From Negaprion brevirostris (Eukaryota): DNA of 64,000 bases. The notes under the pieces are model-generated. The model was not told the DNA's origin. It made no database searches and saw only the letters and a program-made list of their open reading frames with translations. The position numbers and the translations under genes are program-made. Position 1 is the first letter of the stretch, and every line of letters begins with the position of its first letter. Location of the stretch: assembly GCA_030324005.1 (NCBI GenBank), contig JARDVH010000193.1, positions 36,076,386-36,140,385 of the forward strand. The letters are read 5' to 3'. Shown piece by piece: positions 1 to 13,284 of this stretch.

Positions 1-715
1 TCCATGCACAAGTCCCCACCACTATTCTTGACCAGCCCTAACCTTCTCCTGGCCATTCTTATATTTCTCAAAAGAGTAAAAAGCCTTGGGGTTTTCCTTG
101 ATCTGACCCACCAAGGACTTTTCACGCCCCCTCCTAGCTCTCCTAAGCCCTTTTTGTAGCTCATTCCTTGTTTCCTTGTAACCCTCAAGAGACCCAACTG
201 AACCTTGTTTTCTCATCCTTACATACACTTCCTTTTTCCCCTTGACAAGACATTCAACTTCTTTTGTGAACCATGATTCCCTCATTCAGCTATTTCTTCC
301 CTGCCTGACAGGGACATACCTATCAGGGACACGCAGTATAAATTTCTTGAACAAGTTCCACTTTTCATTTGTGCCTTCCCTTGACAGTTTCTGTTCCCAT
401 CTTATGCTCCCTAATTCTTGCCTAATCGCATCATAATTACCCCTCCCCCAGTTATAAACCTTGCCCTGCTGTAAGGCCCTATCCCTCTCCATTGCAATAA
501 TGAAAGAAACCGAATTGTGGTCACTCTCAAGTGCTTGCCCACAAACAAATCTAACACTTGGCCTGGTTCATTACCAAGTCCAATGTGGCCCCACTTCTTG
601 TCAGCCTATCCACATATTGTGTCAGGAAACCCTCCTGCACACACTGTACAAAAACTGCCCCATCCGAAGTATTCGACCTGTAAAGGTTCCAATCAATATT
701 TGAAAAGTTAAAATC
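1..715 (-). mobile_element. CR1 (HER1-like) LINE ORF2 fragment, endonuclease end and linker
   Basis: Minus ORFs 22..285 (IKENPKAFYS) and 286..492 (NWGRGNYDAIRQEL) are typical CR1 ORF2; frameshifted. Confidence 0.85.
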
Positions 716-734
716 ACCTTTATGCTCCTTGGAA

Positions 735-1095
735 TTTACAAGAATGAAAGGTGACCTTATTGAAACACATGAGGAGTCTTGACACGATAGATGCTGGAAG
801 GTTGTTTCCCCTCATGGAGGTATCTAGTACTAAAAATAAGGTGTCTCCCATTTAAGATGGGGTGAGAAATTTCTTTTGTCAGAGAGCCTTGAGACTTTGG
901 AGTTCTCTTGTGAAGAGCAATGGAGGATGGGTCATAACATAAATTCAAGACGGAGTTAAGCTTTTAATTGAAAAAGGAGTTAAGGATGATGGGGGCAGTG
1001 AGGAAAGTGGAGTTGAAGCCACTGTGATTAGCCATGATCTTATTGAATTGCAGAGCAAGCTTGACTGGCCAACTCTTACCCCTATATCTTGTGAT
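735..1095 (+). mobile_element. Decayed CR1 3' fragment
   Basis: Resembles the CR1 ORF2 C-terminus and 3' UTR (agccatgatcttattgaat). Confidence 0.65.
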
Positions 1096-1491
1096 AATGA
1101 AGTTAAGTAACATTTTACAGGTCATTCTGCAATTTAATGGTCCATATCTTTGAAAAGACTTCCTATATATGTTGCTTACGACTTTTTTTTTTACTTTGAA
1201 GTTACAATGTCAATGCTCAGAGTGGACTGGTCAAACCTGAATCCATTCCTTGCTTGCTCTGAAAACCAAATTCAAATTTCAATTGGATCAATTCATAGTC
1301 CCCTCTAGAGAGACAAATAAGATCCAAGCTTACTAGGTAAAGCATTGCACCCCAATGTTTTTTGGACTTTGTTGAAACAATGTTTTGTACCAGGCTCATT
1401 TATGATCACTTTACGTCCTTATAGCCTGGTGTACAGTAAAGTTTCAATGATTTGCCCTCCACATTGTGTTTTAGCCTCTATCAGAATATTT

Positions 1492-1830
1492 AGAACATAA
1501 GAACATAAGAAATAGGAGCAGGAGTAGGCCATCTAGCCCTTCGCGCCTGCCCCGCCATTCAATAAGATNNNNNNNNNNNNNNNNNNNNNNNNNNNNNNNN
1601 NNNNNNNNNNNNNNNNNNNNNNNNNNNNNNNNNNNNNNNNNNNNNNNNNNNNNNNNNNNNNNNNNNNNNNNNNNNNNNNNCAGATCATCTATATAAATGG
1701 TAAATAGCTGAGGCCCCAGCACCGACCCCTGGGGCACTCCACTAGTCACCAACCGCCTATCCGAATAGCACCCATTAACCCCCACTCTCTGCCTCCTATT
1801 TGACAACCAATCCTCTATCCACGCTAATTT
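1492..1830 (-). mobile_element. CR1 RT fragment and 3' tail across a gap
   Basis: ORF 1471..1806 contains [23 protein letters not shown]; tail repeat (agaacata)n. Confidence 0.88.
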
Positions 1831-2015
1831 ACTTTTGAATCAGTTAATTTTCAGTTTTGTGTTATGAGCTTGATCAGAAGTTGTTGGCTGAGACTTGTCA
1901 AATTTTTTTTTAAAAATTATCTAAGAATCAATTTTTAATTTAAACAAAAGCCTTGGAAGCCTGCAGACTGCCCCACCCAGCCCAAGAGGGATCCATTATA
2001 ATTCATGCCTGAGAT

Positions 2016-2301
2016 GTAATGGTAGCAAAGTGGTTACCACTGCTGCCTCAGTGCCAAGGATCCAGGTTTGATTCCAGCCTTCGGCAACTTCATAGAGTTT
2101 GCATATTCTCCCTCTGTCTGAGTGGGTTTCCTCCGTGTGCTCCAGTTTCTGCTACGGTCTAAAGATGTGCAGATTAGGTATTAGGTGGATTGGCCATGGT
2201 AAATGTGTGGTTTAAGAGAAAAGGGCATGGGGTGGTCCTGGGTGAGATACTGTTGCAGAGATGGACTGAATGACCTCCTTCTGCACTGTAGGAATTCTAT
2301 G
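2016..2301 (+). mobile_element. HE1-like V-SINE with CR1-type tail (type A)
   Basis: tRNA-like A/B-box head, V core (gggtttcctcc..gtgctcc), tail ctgcactgtaggaattctat. Confidence 0.8.
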
Positions 2302-3769
2302 GTAGTTTGAGAAGTTTTCATGAATATATTATTCCAAATTTTGATTCACAGCACTTGCCTGAATAACTATCAAGGAAATGTTTGACAGATCAAATCCTTG
2401 TCTAAGACCTGGGTAACTCCACAACTGGATTTTCATGGACCCTCACCACCACCAATCAGACCCAACTCACCACAGACCTGATAGCAATCCATCTACCCAC
2501 CCATCCATCAACCACCTCATACTCAAAAGACTGGACTAAATTTACCTGGCAGAATGTGGCAGCAAGTATCTTCCCCCGATCCTTCTCTGCTCCTAAGGAG
2601 TTCCCCAGGGTTGCACATTTCTGTGACAGTCTGAATTGGAAGATTCCCGAAGAAACACAGCAGTGTCAGATTGGGAAAACCTTTGCATACGGCAGCCATG
2701 CGTGCAGCATTGCTGCTGCTCGGAAGATTCAGGCCTTTTAAGTGGTGGTCATTTTGAAATGCAAGATTTAAATGTAAATAGTAAACACTGGGTATCAACA
2801 TTTCCACATGTTTATATCTTGAGTAGATCGAGAATGACTTTATCAAATATTTTTTAAATTTTAAAGAACGTTCTATAATGCTAATAAGACAGATCTTTGG
2901 GCATTTCTTTATTTGTCTACGTGACCAAAATTTCCAATTTTATAGATCCTGAAGAATTTCTCAACATACTGTTTCATCATATATTAAAGGTNNNNNNNNN
3001 NNNNNNNNNNNNNNNNNNNNNNNNNNNNNNNNNNNNNNNNNNNNNNNNNNNNNNNNNNNNNNNNNNNNNNNNNNNNNNNNNNNNNNNNNNNATTTCAACA
3101 TTATGCATGTGGAGTAATGCATATTGGTACAAAACTGAACCAGGTCCAGAAACACAGATTGAATGATTCTGTGATACAACATTCCTAATGAGAAGTGGTG
3201 CTCATTGAATGTGCCACTTGGGAAAACAAAGGCCATTAAAATGAATGCATCTGGAATCGTGAACTGTACACCAGTGATGCACAAAGATCCCATTCTTCAT
3301 CCTTATGAGCAACCCAACTGTAGGGAACACTGGATTCTGGAATCCTGCTTAGAGAGATAAAGATCCACAGTGCAAACATTCCTGCATAGCCTGAAGCATT
3401 CTACATTAACACCTAAATTTTTTCTTTAAGCAAAAAGGTTTAACGTAAATAAATCCAGTAGTACTTCAAGTGTCGTCAAAATCTATCCCAGTGGGCAACT
3501 AATTTCACATACTCATTGTGGTAGCTACAAGCATTTATAAAATTTGAACCTTTGTTGAAGATCAGGTAAGCACATCTTTATCAGGGCCAACTGAAGACTT
3601 TGCATTACAAATCATATTGGAGGCCAGTGTTTGCAACGTGATTTTAAAAATTTTGGGTTGATGAAAATAGAAATGGAAAACCCCAGTCCATGATTTAATT
3701 AGTTACATTGTCAAGACAGTGGTTTCATGGTTGAGAACTTCCTGTCCAGTTTTGTGTGTCAATCTTAAA

Positions 3770-4000
3770 AAGAACAAAAAATTTGCATGTATATAGTGTT
3801 TTTATTTCCTGAAAATGTCCAATTATAGCTAAAGAGAATTGTAGCAGCCAGTTGGTACATGGCAAATAAATTGAATGACCAATTAATCTGTTTTAGTGAT
3901 AATTGAGAGATGATTGCTGGCCCAAATTTGCTGTTCTTCGAAAGGTATCATGTGACCATTTACTTTTGATTCAGTAGGCAGAGATTAATTTGTCTAACAT
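3770..4000 (-). mobile_element. Highly decayed DeuSINE-like copy
   Basis: Patchy similarity to the copy at 16330-16646. Confidence 0.45.
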
Positions 4001-4869
4001 CACGTCAACATCGTGGTCACATTGAAAAAGTATACACCACTACAAAGTAAACATTCCAAACCAAATTTATGAATGAAATTGCATGCAAATTTACTCTGTT
4101 CACTTTCCTGCATTCCTTGTGCCCATCTTCTCTGTGCCTTTACCAGTCTTATTGCTCTTAAGTAGGTGGCTACAATATGGTGGGTAACAGTTTGCAGGAT
4201 TTCATTGGAGGACACCACAGACTTTGGGGATAACCTTTTACAGCTCTGAGCATTGAAGGCCTGGCTGCAGACTGCAATATCTAGACAAGGGTAGCAGCAG
4301 ATTTGTTGACAGCCTGCAGTAAGGTGGAATGGCCGAGGTGGGAGCACAGGTGCTGTTATCCCATGTTCAGTTGAATTACTGCAACTCTCAGNNNNNNNNN
4401 NNATCTGTTAGAAATAAATTGCTGCACTACTGTAATGCACTGCAAGCCCCTTTGATCATTGACATCCATAGTCCTGATGGCAACGATCTGAACTTGCATG
4501 GCAGGAAGGGAGCCAGTCTGAGCTTCCACTTCAGCATTCAAACCTTCGGTAGAAATTACTTGTGATGCAATGGAGACTTGAGTGCACTGATGGAGTTGGC
4601 CATCACTTCAATCCAGAGAAAGATAGGCTGCATGCTCTTGTAAGTCCTGTTCCAAACTTGAGCCGGAATCCTCCTTGACATTGAATACCAACTTTGTAAT
4701 AGACTTTCTAATACACAAAGCATTTTGTTGGATGTGCACATCATCTACTTACGGCAATAAAAACTAGAAAATGCAGGAAATGCTTCGCAAATCTGTTGAA
4801 ATCTGTGGAGAGAAAAACAGAGTTAATGTTTCAGATCGATGACTCTTGTCTAGAGCATTGTAGACCTAA

Positions 4870-5250
4870 TAAAATGATACCTGGACTCCAAGGATTAAGC
4901 TATGAGGAATGGTTAAAAGAATTGGTTTGTATTCTTGGGAATTTGGAAAGTTAAGATTTATAGAGCAGAGTGGGGGAAATTATTTATGCTATTTGAGTCT
5001 AGAACCAGAGATCTTGGTCAGAAAAGTTGAGGCCAACCTTTCAGGTGAGAAATAAGAAAAGTTGAAACTCCCTTCCGCATGTGGCAATTGACACTAGATC
5101 AATTGTAAATCTTAAAGCTGAGATTGATAGATTATTTTTATTAACCAGTGGGGCAAAAGTAGGCATATGGAGTTAAGTGGTAGATCAGCCATGATCTTAT
5201 TGAATGATGGAATGGAGACATAGCGTTAAATGGCCCAATCCTGTTTGTAT
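4870..5250 (+). mobile_element. Decayed CR1 3' fragment
   Basis: LSYEE-like coding remnant and gatcagccatgatcttattgaatg 3' UTR. Confidence 0.65.
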
Positions 5251-6728
5251 CCCTAATTCTGCTGTATGCAAGTTCCCCTCCAGGTCACACATCCCCACTT
5301 GGGCATATAATCATGATCCCTTTATTATTGCCAGACCAGAATCCTGGAATTCTACACTTATTAGGTTAGGTGCCCCATCAGTAGAAGAACTGGGGAAATT
5401 TATAAACAGCCTACACCATTGTCTCTGGGTAACTAATAATGGGCAAAAAAACCAGAAACTTAGCCAGAGTTTCTCACATCCTGAGAAAACTGAACTTTTG
5501 AGAAGAGACAGTACCCATGACCTAATCAGCGCGTTTCATCATTCCTTGTCCTTTTTTAACTAAAACCTACAAACCTGTCACAATCCTGCCTGCTCTGTCT
5601 CTTGATTACCATATCACCTTGCTAAAAACCTGGCTGTAAAGTTAGTATGGCATGAAAATATTTGGATTTCCTCACCATCTTTTTTTCATCTTGTCCTGAA
5701 ATAGTGCCTCATTCTGTAGGGAGCAGGAGGAAAGACTTCTTCTGAAAACTGAATCTTTCTAGCTGTCCATGTTATGCAGGGATACTAATACAGTTTGTGT
5801 ACTTCTGCCGCATTTGAGCTGCAAGCACAGCAGGGAGTGGGGTTGGGACCAGCAATCATCTCAGTTTGTATTTCTCAGTGCCATATTTACTGACTTCACC
5901 GTTGGGTGGGCAAATTTTATGTGGAATTCATTTTTAAAATTTATTTCAACACAGATCAGCTGGACAAAAAGTACAAGATTGTTTCTTTTACCAAATATTC
6001 ATGGATAAAAATGAAAATGTTGGCGTTCCAACAATTCAGCAGTTACTTGAATGGTCCTTTATTACCAGTGACCTTAAATTTGCTGAGGTACGTGGTATTT
6101 AAATGAATATCTCGGAGCTGCACAACTACATTTTAGTTGTGCTTTCAGATGCATGGAAGTTAATAAAGTGTTCATCTTCTTGATTCATCTGGAAAGCTTT
6201 GATGTTTGGATTTCATTACTTACACGGTCATATTTGGATATACTGGATCTCCTCTGTCTTTTATCAAACATGGAAAAGCCTAGCTATACAAAGATACTCT
6301 ACAACTTTTGACCTGCATTTAAATTAGACAAAATCCATGTCAGTAACATAATTGCTGACCAAAGTGTCATGCAGACAACCAGAAACAGAAGTTAAATTAG
6401 TGGATTTCAAGAGAGCTACTAACCATGAATAGAATGGGTAATTGGCATTGCCATTCTGGGTCTTTCATAGTAAAGAAGCAGATTTAAATAAGGAGCTGCT
6501 CATCCTAGAGGACAAAGACTTTATTTACAGTATAAATAAATAATTGTGTTTCCTTGTGAAAATAATCATCAAGCAGCCTGTGTTAAAAATACAATATTTA
6601 ATGGGGGAAAAGCCGGATTGGATATTTGCCCTTCTGATTTAGAGAAGGTGTTATTACCATTCCTTTAGTTAATTTTTGTTTGCAAACTGTGATAAATGTA
6701 AATACTTTGCTAAAATTGAATCAAAGAA

Positions 6729-7053
6729 GGGCAGCATGGTGGCATAGTGGTTAGCATTGTTGCCTCATAGCATTAGGGACCCAGGTTTGATTCCAGCTAT
6801 GGTCACTGTCTATGTGGAGTTTGCACGTTCTCCCTGTGTCTGTGTGGGTTTACTCCGGGTGCTCCGGTTTTCCCTCAGTCCAGAGATGTGCATGTTAGGT
6901 GGTTTGGCCATGCTAAATTGCCTCTTAGTGTCAGGGGGACTAGCTAGGGTAAATGCATGGGATTATGGGGATAGTGACTGGATGGGATTGTGGTCAGTGC
7001 AGACTTGGGCTGAATGGTGGCCTCCTGCACGTAGAGGTTCTATGATTATATGA
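6729..7053 (+). mobile_element. Full-length HE1-like V-SINE, type A tail
   Basis: gggcagcatggtggcatagtggttagc head, B box gtttgattc, V core, tail ttctatgatt. Confidence 0.9.
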
Positions 7054-7282
7054 AAGAAAATAAGTTTAGTGGAAGATGAGCTGAGGAAATGGGACATGTT
7101 GAGAGAACCTGGTTACGTAAGTCCTTTGCATAATGTCTTGTTAAAACAACCAAAGTGCTTTAAGTTCTCGCAAGTAAATTGTATAAAACTTTGAAAGTTC
7201 ATTTGAGCTTGGAGCTCATTTAGAATTTAACAAATAATATGGCTAACTGAAATGTCTATGCTTGACTAATTTTTATTTGTAG

Positions 7283-7391
7283 GCGCCTTCGTGTCTCATA
7301 GTTCAGATGCCTCGATTCGGAAAAGATTTCAAGTTGTTCAATAAGATATTTCCATCTTTGGAATTGGATATCACAGATTTGTTAGAAGACA
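7283..7391 (+). CDS. CYLD: CYLD internal coding exon (USP domain), [36 protein letters not shown](T)
   Basis: Acceptor ttttatttgtAG at 7281-7282 and donor GTaagt at 7392; 109 nt, phase 0 to 1. Manual translation closely matches vertebrate CYLD. Not in the ORF track. Confidence 0.96.
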
Positions 7392-8899
7392 GTAAGTAAC
7401 TATTTTAGTGTCCTTCTAAATGCCTTTATAATTAATTGCTTTATTCAGTGTTGTTGTCAGAAATCTAGAAGACTATTTGGCCTATTAAACTGTCTGCCCT
7501 GCTTGATTTTTTTTCTCTGCTCCTTTCTGGAGTGTTCCTCCTCAAAAGTCACTCAGACTATTAATTATGTCATGTCAATGTAATTTACTCAGATCTTCAG
7601 CTCCTTTCAAGAGTTCTAAGTTGTGAATAAGCATCCATTCAAACATTTTTAACTGAAGGAGTTATCGTGCTTAAACTTAACATTTAGCTACTTGGAATCG
7701 TCATTCCAAAGAGAGACTGTTGTACTTTCTAAAGGGACAAAAGCTTTGTTTCTTTATTTCTTGGTTGTATGGTTTTATTCTCATTGAGTGGATGTTTTCA
7801 CTATTTTAGTACACACCAATGTTCATTTGGACAAACTTGAGTGCCATTTGCCTCTTTGTTACCCTGGTGCTGAGTCTGTAACATTCTTTTTGAATGTTAC
7901 GTGTCTCCACATAAAGCAAACTTTAGTTTTCATGGTCCTTTTTGTCCGTTTTATGTCTAATGTTAAGGCTCCAATGTTGAACAATTCCAATTCAGCAGCT
8001 CCACCTCAGTATGGTAAATANNNNNNNNNNNNNNNNNNNNNNNNNNNNNNNNNNNNNNNNNNNNNNNNNNNNNNNNNNNNNNNNNNNNNNNTTTTCATTT
8101 GAGAGCAACACTTTTCCATTACTACTATCAAACTTTCCATTTCACACAAGTTATCCCCTCAAGCAACAAATGCGTAAACATTTTTGGATTGATTTCACCT
8201 CCCACATTGGCTGATCCATGACAGTCCCCGGCTTCTGAATTCTTGCTTTCATGTTTTTTTTCCCCCTGTGTGTTTGGCTGCAGATAGTCTGGTATCTGAT
8301 GTTTGTTGTCTGACAAGTTTTAACGGTCTTATTGATGTTAAAATGAACATAGTTACAACCAAGCAAAGATGGTTTTTCATTGCCTTACAACTAAAGTTTC
8401 AACTGTAATATAGCTAGCAGCCACTTGAGGGAGTACCACTTTGCAAGAAACCCAATTTCAGCTAAGAGTGGTTCCTTTTTACATGTTCTTCAGCAGATGA
8501 AAATTCCTGAAGCTCAGAATCATTTCTGATTACTTTGTAAATTACAAATTCTTCTGACTTGGGATTCCTATTTCCGCAACTCAATTTAAATAACTTGATA
8601 GTCAATTTCTGCTTGTAGCTACTTTCATTATGTTCTGTTGCCATCCAAAGTTAATCCACTGAAACAGCAAATCCATCGTGCTAATGCGTTGAATTTGACT
8701 TGTGTTTAGAATTCTGTACTTTCAATAGTACACATTTTGTGTTGTTTTGATTAAGATATTTTTAAGATGTCAGCCCAATGCCCTCACTAATATTTATCCT
8801 CAACTAACATCAGCATCATTGCAGTTATATCTCCACATTGGTGACACATCAGCTATAAATCCAACTTTGGGTAGCCAAGTTTGTATATGCAGAGTGTCA

Positions 8900-9175
8900 T
8901 TAGTACCTTAGATAGTACTTTCCAAGCCCATTACAGCTACTATCTAGAAGAACAAGGATAGCAGATACCTAGAAACACTACCGCCTGGAGGTTCCCCTCC
9001 AAGTCACTCAACTGGAATTCCCTCTCTAACAACATTGTGGGTATACCTACACCTCAGGGACTGCAGCAGTTCAAGAAGGAGCTCACCACCATCTTCTGAA
9101 AGGTAACTAGGGATGGGCAATGAATGCTGGCCTAGCCCGTGATGCCTACATTCCCATAAATTAATTTTTAAAAAG
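8900..9175 (+). mobile_element. 3' end of a second CR1/L2-group LINE family (tail ggatgggcaatgaatgctggcc)
   Basis: Same tail and RT-terminal sequence as the copies at 20610, 27240 and 44690. Confidence 0.7.
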
Positions 9176-10310
9176 TTAATTGAAAAAACTATCAGCATGT
9201 CCATAACCATGCTGTTGACTTAAGACAAATATTTTCCATGGAAACAGTAGTCTTTTGCAGTGCAACAATATCCCCTCTGGTTGTGGAGCAAATGAAATGA
9301 AGCAGAAGTATCCTACTTAACTTTTTTTCCTCTTTGGAAGATGGTGCATAATTTGCTTCCAAAGTAGCTCAGCTTCATCTGTAAACTTAAAAATTGTTGG
9401 CAGCTATTCATAAAAACAGCAACCTCTTTTAGCACATACCTTATGCGCTAATGTCTCAAAACTTTTATAAAACTGCAATTAAGGCTATTAGGAAACTTTT
9501 GACAGGCATAGCAGAGAATATTGAAACAAAGTAGTTTTAGGAGAAAGTACCAAAGTAGCTGAATGATCTGTCTGTGGTACTGAAGTAGAAGACACAGGGC
9601 AAATAATCTCACATTCTTCTGACACAAAGGTACATGTATGCGGACGTGAGGCTGGAGAAGATTGCTCTGATAGAATACAAAGCTTTCTTGTCACTAGATT
9701 TAGCCTGACAGGTTAATGGAATTGGAGCCAGAGACATGTAGTTACTTGCACTGGGTAAAGGACAGAATTTCTTTTTGTTGCACTGAAAGAAATTGTGGCT
9801 CGTTCGTTGTTTGCGATAACGGGTAATGCCCTTGGTACTCTTGCCTTTTCTTCTCACCCTCCCCCTGCCAAGGTGCACTGAAGAAAGTTCGAATGCTTTC
9901 ACGTTCAACCCGGCTGAAATTAGTTCACTCAATACACAAAACTAATCTGAAATTTGACAGCTGGTCTGCATCATTCATTAATATGCCTCTTGGATATTTA
10001 TTGACTGAACTTTAAGTGAGGGTAGTGTTTTATATTATTTCCGTCCAATTGCCAAAGTTGCTAGTGTAATGAGTGCGCAGAATGATTGTACAGGCTGCTC
10101 ACTTACTGACTCAAAACTTGGAAGATGCTATAGACAGATAATCCCTTAGTCAAATTTCCCAGTGGTTGTTAGAAATGAATGTGCAGACATAAAAATTTGG
10201 GGCAAATTATTTTGAAAAGTACTGAAATATTCAAATTCTTATAATTGTAACATAGCAGAACAGTTCAAAATATAATGCAACTAGCTTTAATTTTGTCTTT
10301 TTATTTATAG

Positions 10311-10429
10311 CACCCAGAGACTGTCGTATCTGTGGAGGTCTTGCACTTTATGAGTGCAAAGAATGTTATGAGGACATTGATATAACTGCTGGGAAAATCA
10401 AGCAGTTCTGCAAAACTTGTACTACCCAA
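10311..10429 (+). CDS. CYLD: CYLD coding exon, B-box zinc-binding insertion, (T)[39 protein letters not shown]
   Basis: Acceptor ttatttatAG at 10309-10310 and donor GTatgt at 10430; 119 nt, phase 1 to 0; three CxxC pairs. Confidence 0.96.
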
Positions 10430-11055
10430 GTATGTATTTTTCTTTGTGGATTATAGAGATGCCATTACAGAATGTGAGTTTCCATGCTAAGCAGAATAGA
10501 CATTGGTTATCAATTAAATGTTCACTTTCTCCTTGAAGAAATGGCAATGATTGTGTTCAAGCTGATAATTTTGTTTTGCATTCTTCGTAGAAATTGCAAG
10601 ACAAAGTAAGTCAAGATCCATTTTGTTGACATTTTTATATTTTACCATTTTGACAGACACTGGAGTGATAGCTGCAATGTCAGCAGTTCCTCCCAAGCTT
10701 TACTATTACGCTTACTACATGTCTGAAATTCCCCATGTGCAAAATGTTATTTTTAGAAAAAAATCTAATTTGCATTTGAAGTAGTACTAACTGCTTCTAA
10801 CACCTTCCTAGCAAACCTCTTCTATTGATTGACCACTTGTTCATTGAAACATTTCTGAATTCACCCCCTCCATTGAGTGCAGGCTGTACCCTTTGGTTCT
10901 ACAGTTCTGGACAACCTGTAATAACTTGTCATGTCTGCATTAACTAGACATTATGCAGTCATATCACCTCTCAACCTTTCCTCTGTACTGAAATGTGCAG
11001 AATTTAGTTATTTACTGTGACTTATTTTGACTATGCTCTCTTAATTTGAATTAAT

Positions 11056-11105
11056 ATCATTAATTAATGAACATCATTAATTAATGAACATCATTAATTA
11101 ATGAA
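11056..11105. repeat. 17-bp tandem repeat ATCATTAATTAATGAAC, about 3 copies
   Basis: Units at 11056, 11073 and 11090, each containing the 14-bp palindrome TCATTAATTAATGA. Confidence 0.95.
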
Positions 11106-11679
11106 AATGTCACCAGTTGGGTTGAGTATTATAGATAACTGGACACATTACAAATCCAGAATAATTGCATTTAGCAGGGTACAGCCGTTGGCCCCATTAA
11201 TATTCAGTGAATGATAGCCTGAAGTCTTGACTGATCATTGATTTGCTCTAGAATAACATTTAANNNNNNNNNNAAATCAACTTCTTTTACAATACTAAAC
11301 TATGTCATACACTTCTGCTACAGCACTACAGAGCTGTTTTAGAAAGTGACAGTGTGTTTTAGAGTTTCTCACTTTGATGAAGCTGTTCTTTACGTGTAAG
11401 GATTTTTATCAACAGTAAGGATGGGGGGAACATAGCCAGTGGGAATGCTCTTATCCATTGTGCTCCTTCCAATGATTTGTGATTTATTGTGCTTGTTTCT
11501 GTTGATTTGAGAAGAGTGACAGGTATTAAATACAACATGTTATATGTAAATCCTGACCATTTCAGGACACTTATTCAAAGTGATCAAAAGGAAATTTGTT
11601 TAATCAATTGGTGGTGCTATTACATTTAAATTGCATTGGATTATAATTCAATTATCCACACAATATAAAATGATGAAAA

Positions 11680-11897
11680 ATATTTTTACTTTGAGTAGTT
11701 GGGTTCTGGAATGCACTGTCTGAAAGTGGTGGTGGCATATTCAATTATGGCTTTTGAAAGAGATTGGATAATTATCTGGAGAGAAAATGTGCATGAATAT
11801 GGGTAAAAGACTGGACAGTCGGACTTAGTTGAGTTGCTTTTGCAGAGAGTTGGCAGGGGCATGATGTGCTACCTCCTACACTGGAACCATTCTATGG
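11680..11897 (+). mobile_element. Decayed CR1 3' fragment
   Basis: tggaatgcactg motif and ctggaaccattctatg tail, similar to 21140-21725. Confidence 0.55.
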
Positions 11898-11974
11898 AAC
11901 GTGGCTGCTTTCAACTCTCTTCTCTTCAAACTTGAAAGTTCTAGCGTAACAATGAATACTAATTTATAAAATTG

Positions 11975-12170
11975 TTACGAACATTTAATTGATTCACTAA
12001 TGTTGTTAGAGAAGGAAACTTACCTGGTTTTGGCCTACCTCTAATTCAGTCTTTCACACCAATGTAATTGACTTTTAATGCCCTCTGAAGTGGCCTGGTG
12101 AACCACACATCTGTCCCTTTAAAAGAAAAGTTGGGCATTAAATCCAGCCTTGGCAGTGATACCCATGTAA
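11975..12170 (+). mobile_element. Decayed SINE (ttcactaatg...gaaggaaa core)
   Basis: Homologous to 13285-13510. Confidence 0.6.
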
Positions 12171-12276
12171 TTTGGACAAAAAGGAGTATTTGAACTTTTG
12201 GCTGCTCGGACTCTCTACCTTGCAGAAGATTATAATGGTGCCTTTAAGTTTGCATTGATGCAGTTCTTTGTTCCAG

Positions 12277-12493
12277 GTACATCTACATCCTAAGAGACAA
12301 GGACATAAGCAGAGAAAAGTAACTCTACCAGAACAGATGGCTGACTACGCCTGGAGGCAGTGTTGTGTGCCCAGACAGACGATGAAGCTGTTTGCTGTGC
12401 TCTGTATAGAGACTAGTCACTACGTGGCTTTTGTCAAATATGGCCCAGATGACTCCGCCTGGTTGTTTTTCGACAGCATGGCAGATCGAGATG
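12277..12493 (+). CDS. CYLD: CYLD penultimate coding exon with catalytic His (ETSHYVAF) and Asp (FFDSM)
   Basis: Acceptor ttccAG at 12275-12276 and donor GTactg at 12494; 217 nt, phase 0 to 1; lies within ORF 12268..12513 (VHLHPKR...[12 protein letters not shown]). Confidence 0.97.
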
Positions 12494-13284
12494 GTACTGT
12501 ACAGTTTTCATGACCTATATTTCTTTTGTGTCTTCACTGTTTTGTGCTCTTTGTGTTGTCACTGCATTGGAAACCAGAATTTGTATCCAGTGATACTTTG
12601 TGTTGCAAATAATAACAGGCAATGTAACACCAAAGTTTTATTTGTGATAACTAGTATCTACAAATGAGTTTTGTTGTTCTATTTTTATATCATCGGTTTA
12701 ATTATGTTGCGTTATATTTAATGAGCATTTTAAATTCAGTTGCACAGGAAAGCTAAAAATTAGTTAAATCTTGTAGTTGAAGTTTCTCTGCCAATACTGG
12801 GATGAGTTTGAACATCCTGAAGTACATTATAATATGCATTGAGTTGCAGAAAGCCATGTGCGTATACTGCATGGTGGTAACTTGTCTCTAAGACAATATT
12901 GTAAATGCAGGAAAAGTTTGCATTTCATCACAACTGAAACACAGGATGCTGTTGTCTTAACGTTCCTGAATCTGCAGCAAACTTCTGCATGACTCAAATT
13001 ATAGTTGTCTAAACTTTTATTTCTATGAATGTTGTAAGGAATTCAAATGCTTTTAATATATTGCAGGACATTTGATATACGTACTTTGTATGCATGTATG
13101 CAAAGCTGAATGCTTTGGAAAATAATGAGTTTGTTGCTTAAGTTTGGCTTAAAAATTACATTTTAGTTAAGTTTTCCTTTGTCACCTTGAAAGAGGCTGT
13201 ACATTTATATGGCACCATTCAAATCTCAAATCTTCAGGATGTTTCAAAGCTTCACAGCCAAAGAAGCACTTCTAAGATGTCATT

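Noticed and set aside
4755-4860. Functional hammerheads in short Penelope-like remnants (also about 15515-15620, 16150-16250, 32800-32960 and 41930-42085)
   Set aside because: Too decayed; the catalytic core is not intact and family assignment by eye is uncertain.
6729-6800. tRNA gene
   Set aside because: tRNA-derived SINE head continuing into the V core, multi-copy, with no complete cloverleaf.
1-7282. Upstream CYLD exon (ending ...LKFAE) or another gene
   Set aside because: No matching reading frame seen; it probably lies before the window or in a gap.
11056-11105. CRISPR-like array
   Set aside because: No spacers, no cas genes, vertebrate intron.
12268-12276. ORF-track starts at 12268 and 14006 as real gene starts
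   Set aside because: They are TTG codons within splice acceptor tracts; the exons start at 12277 and 14022.
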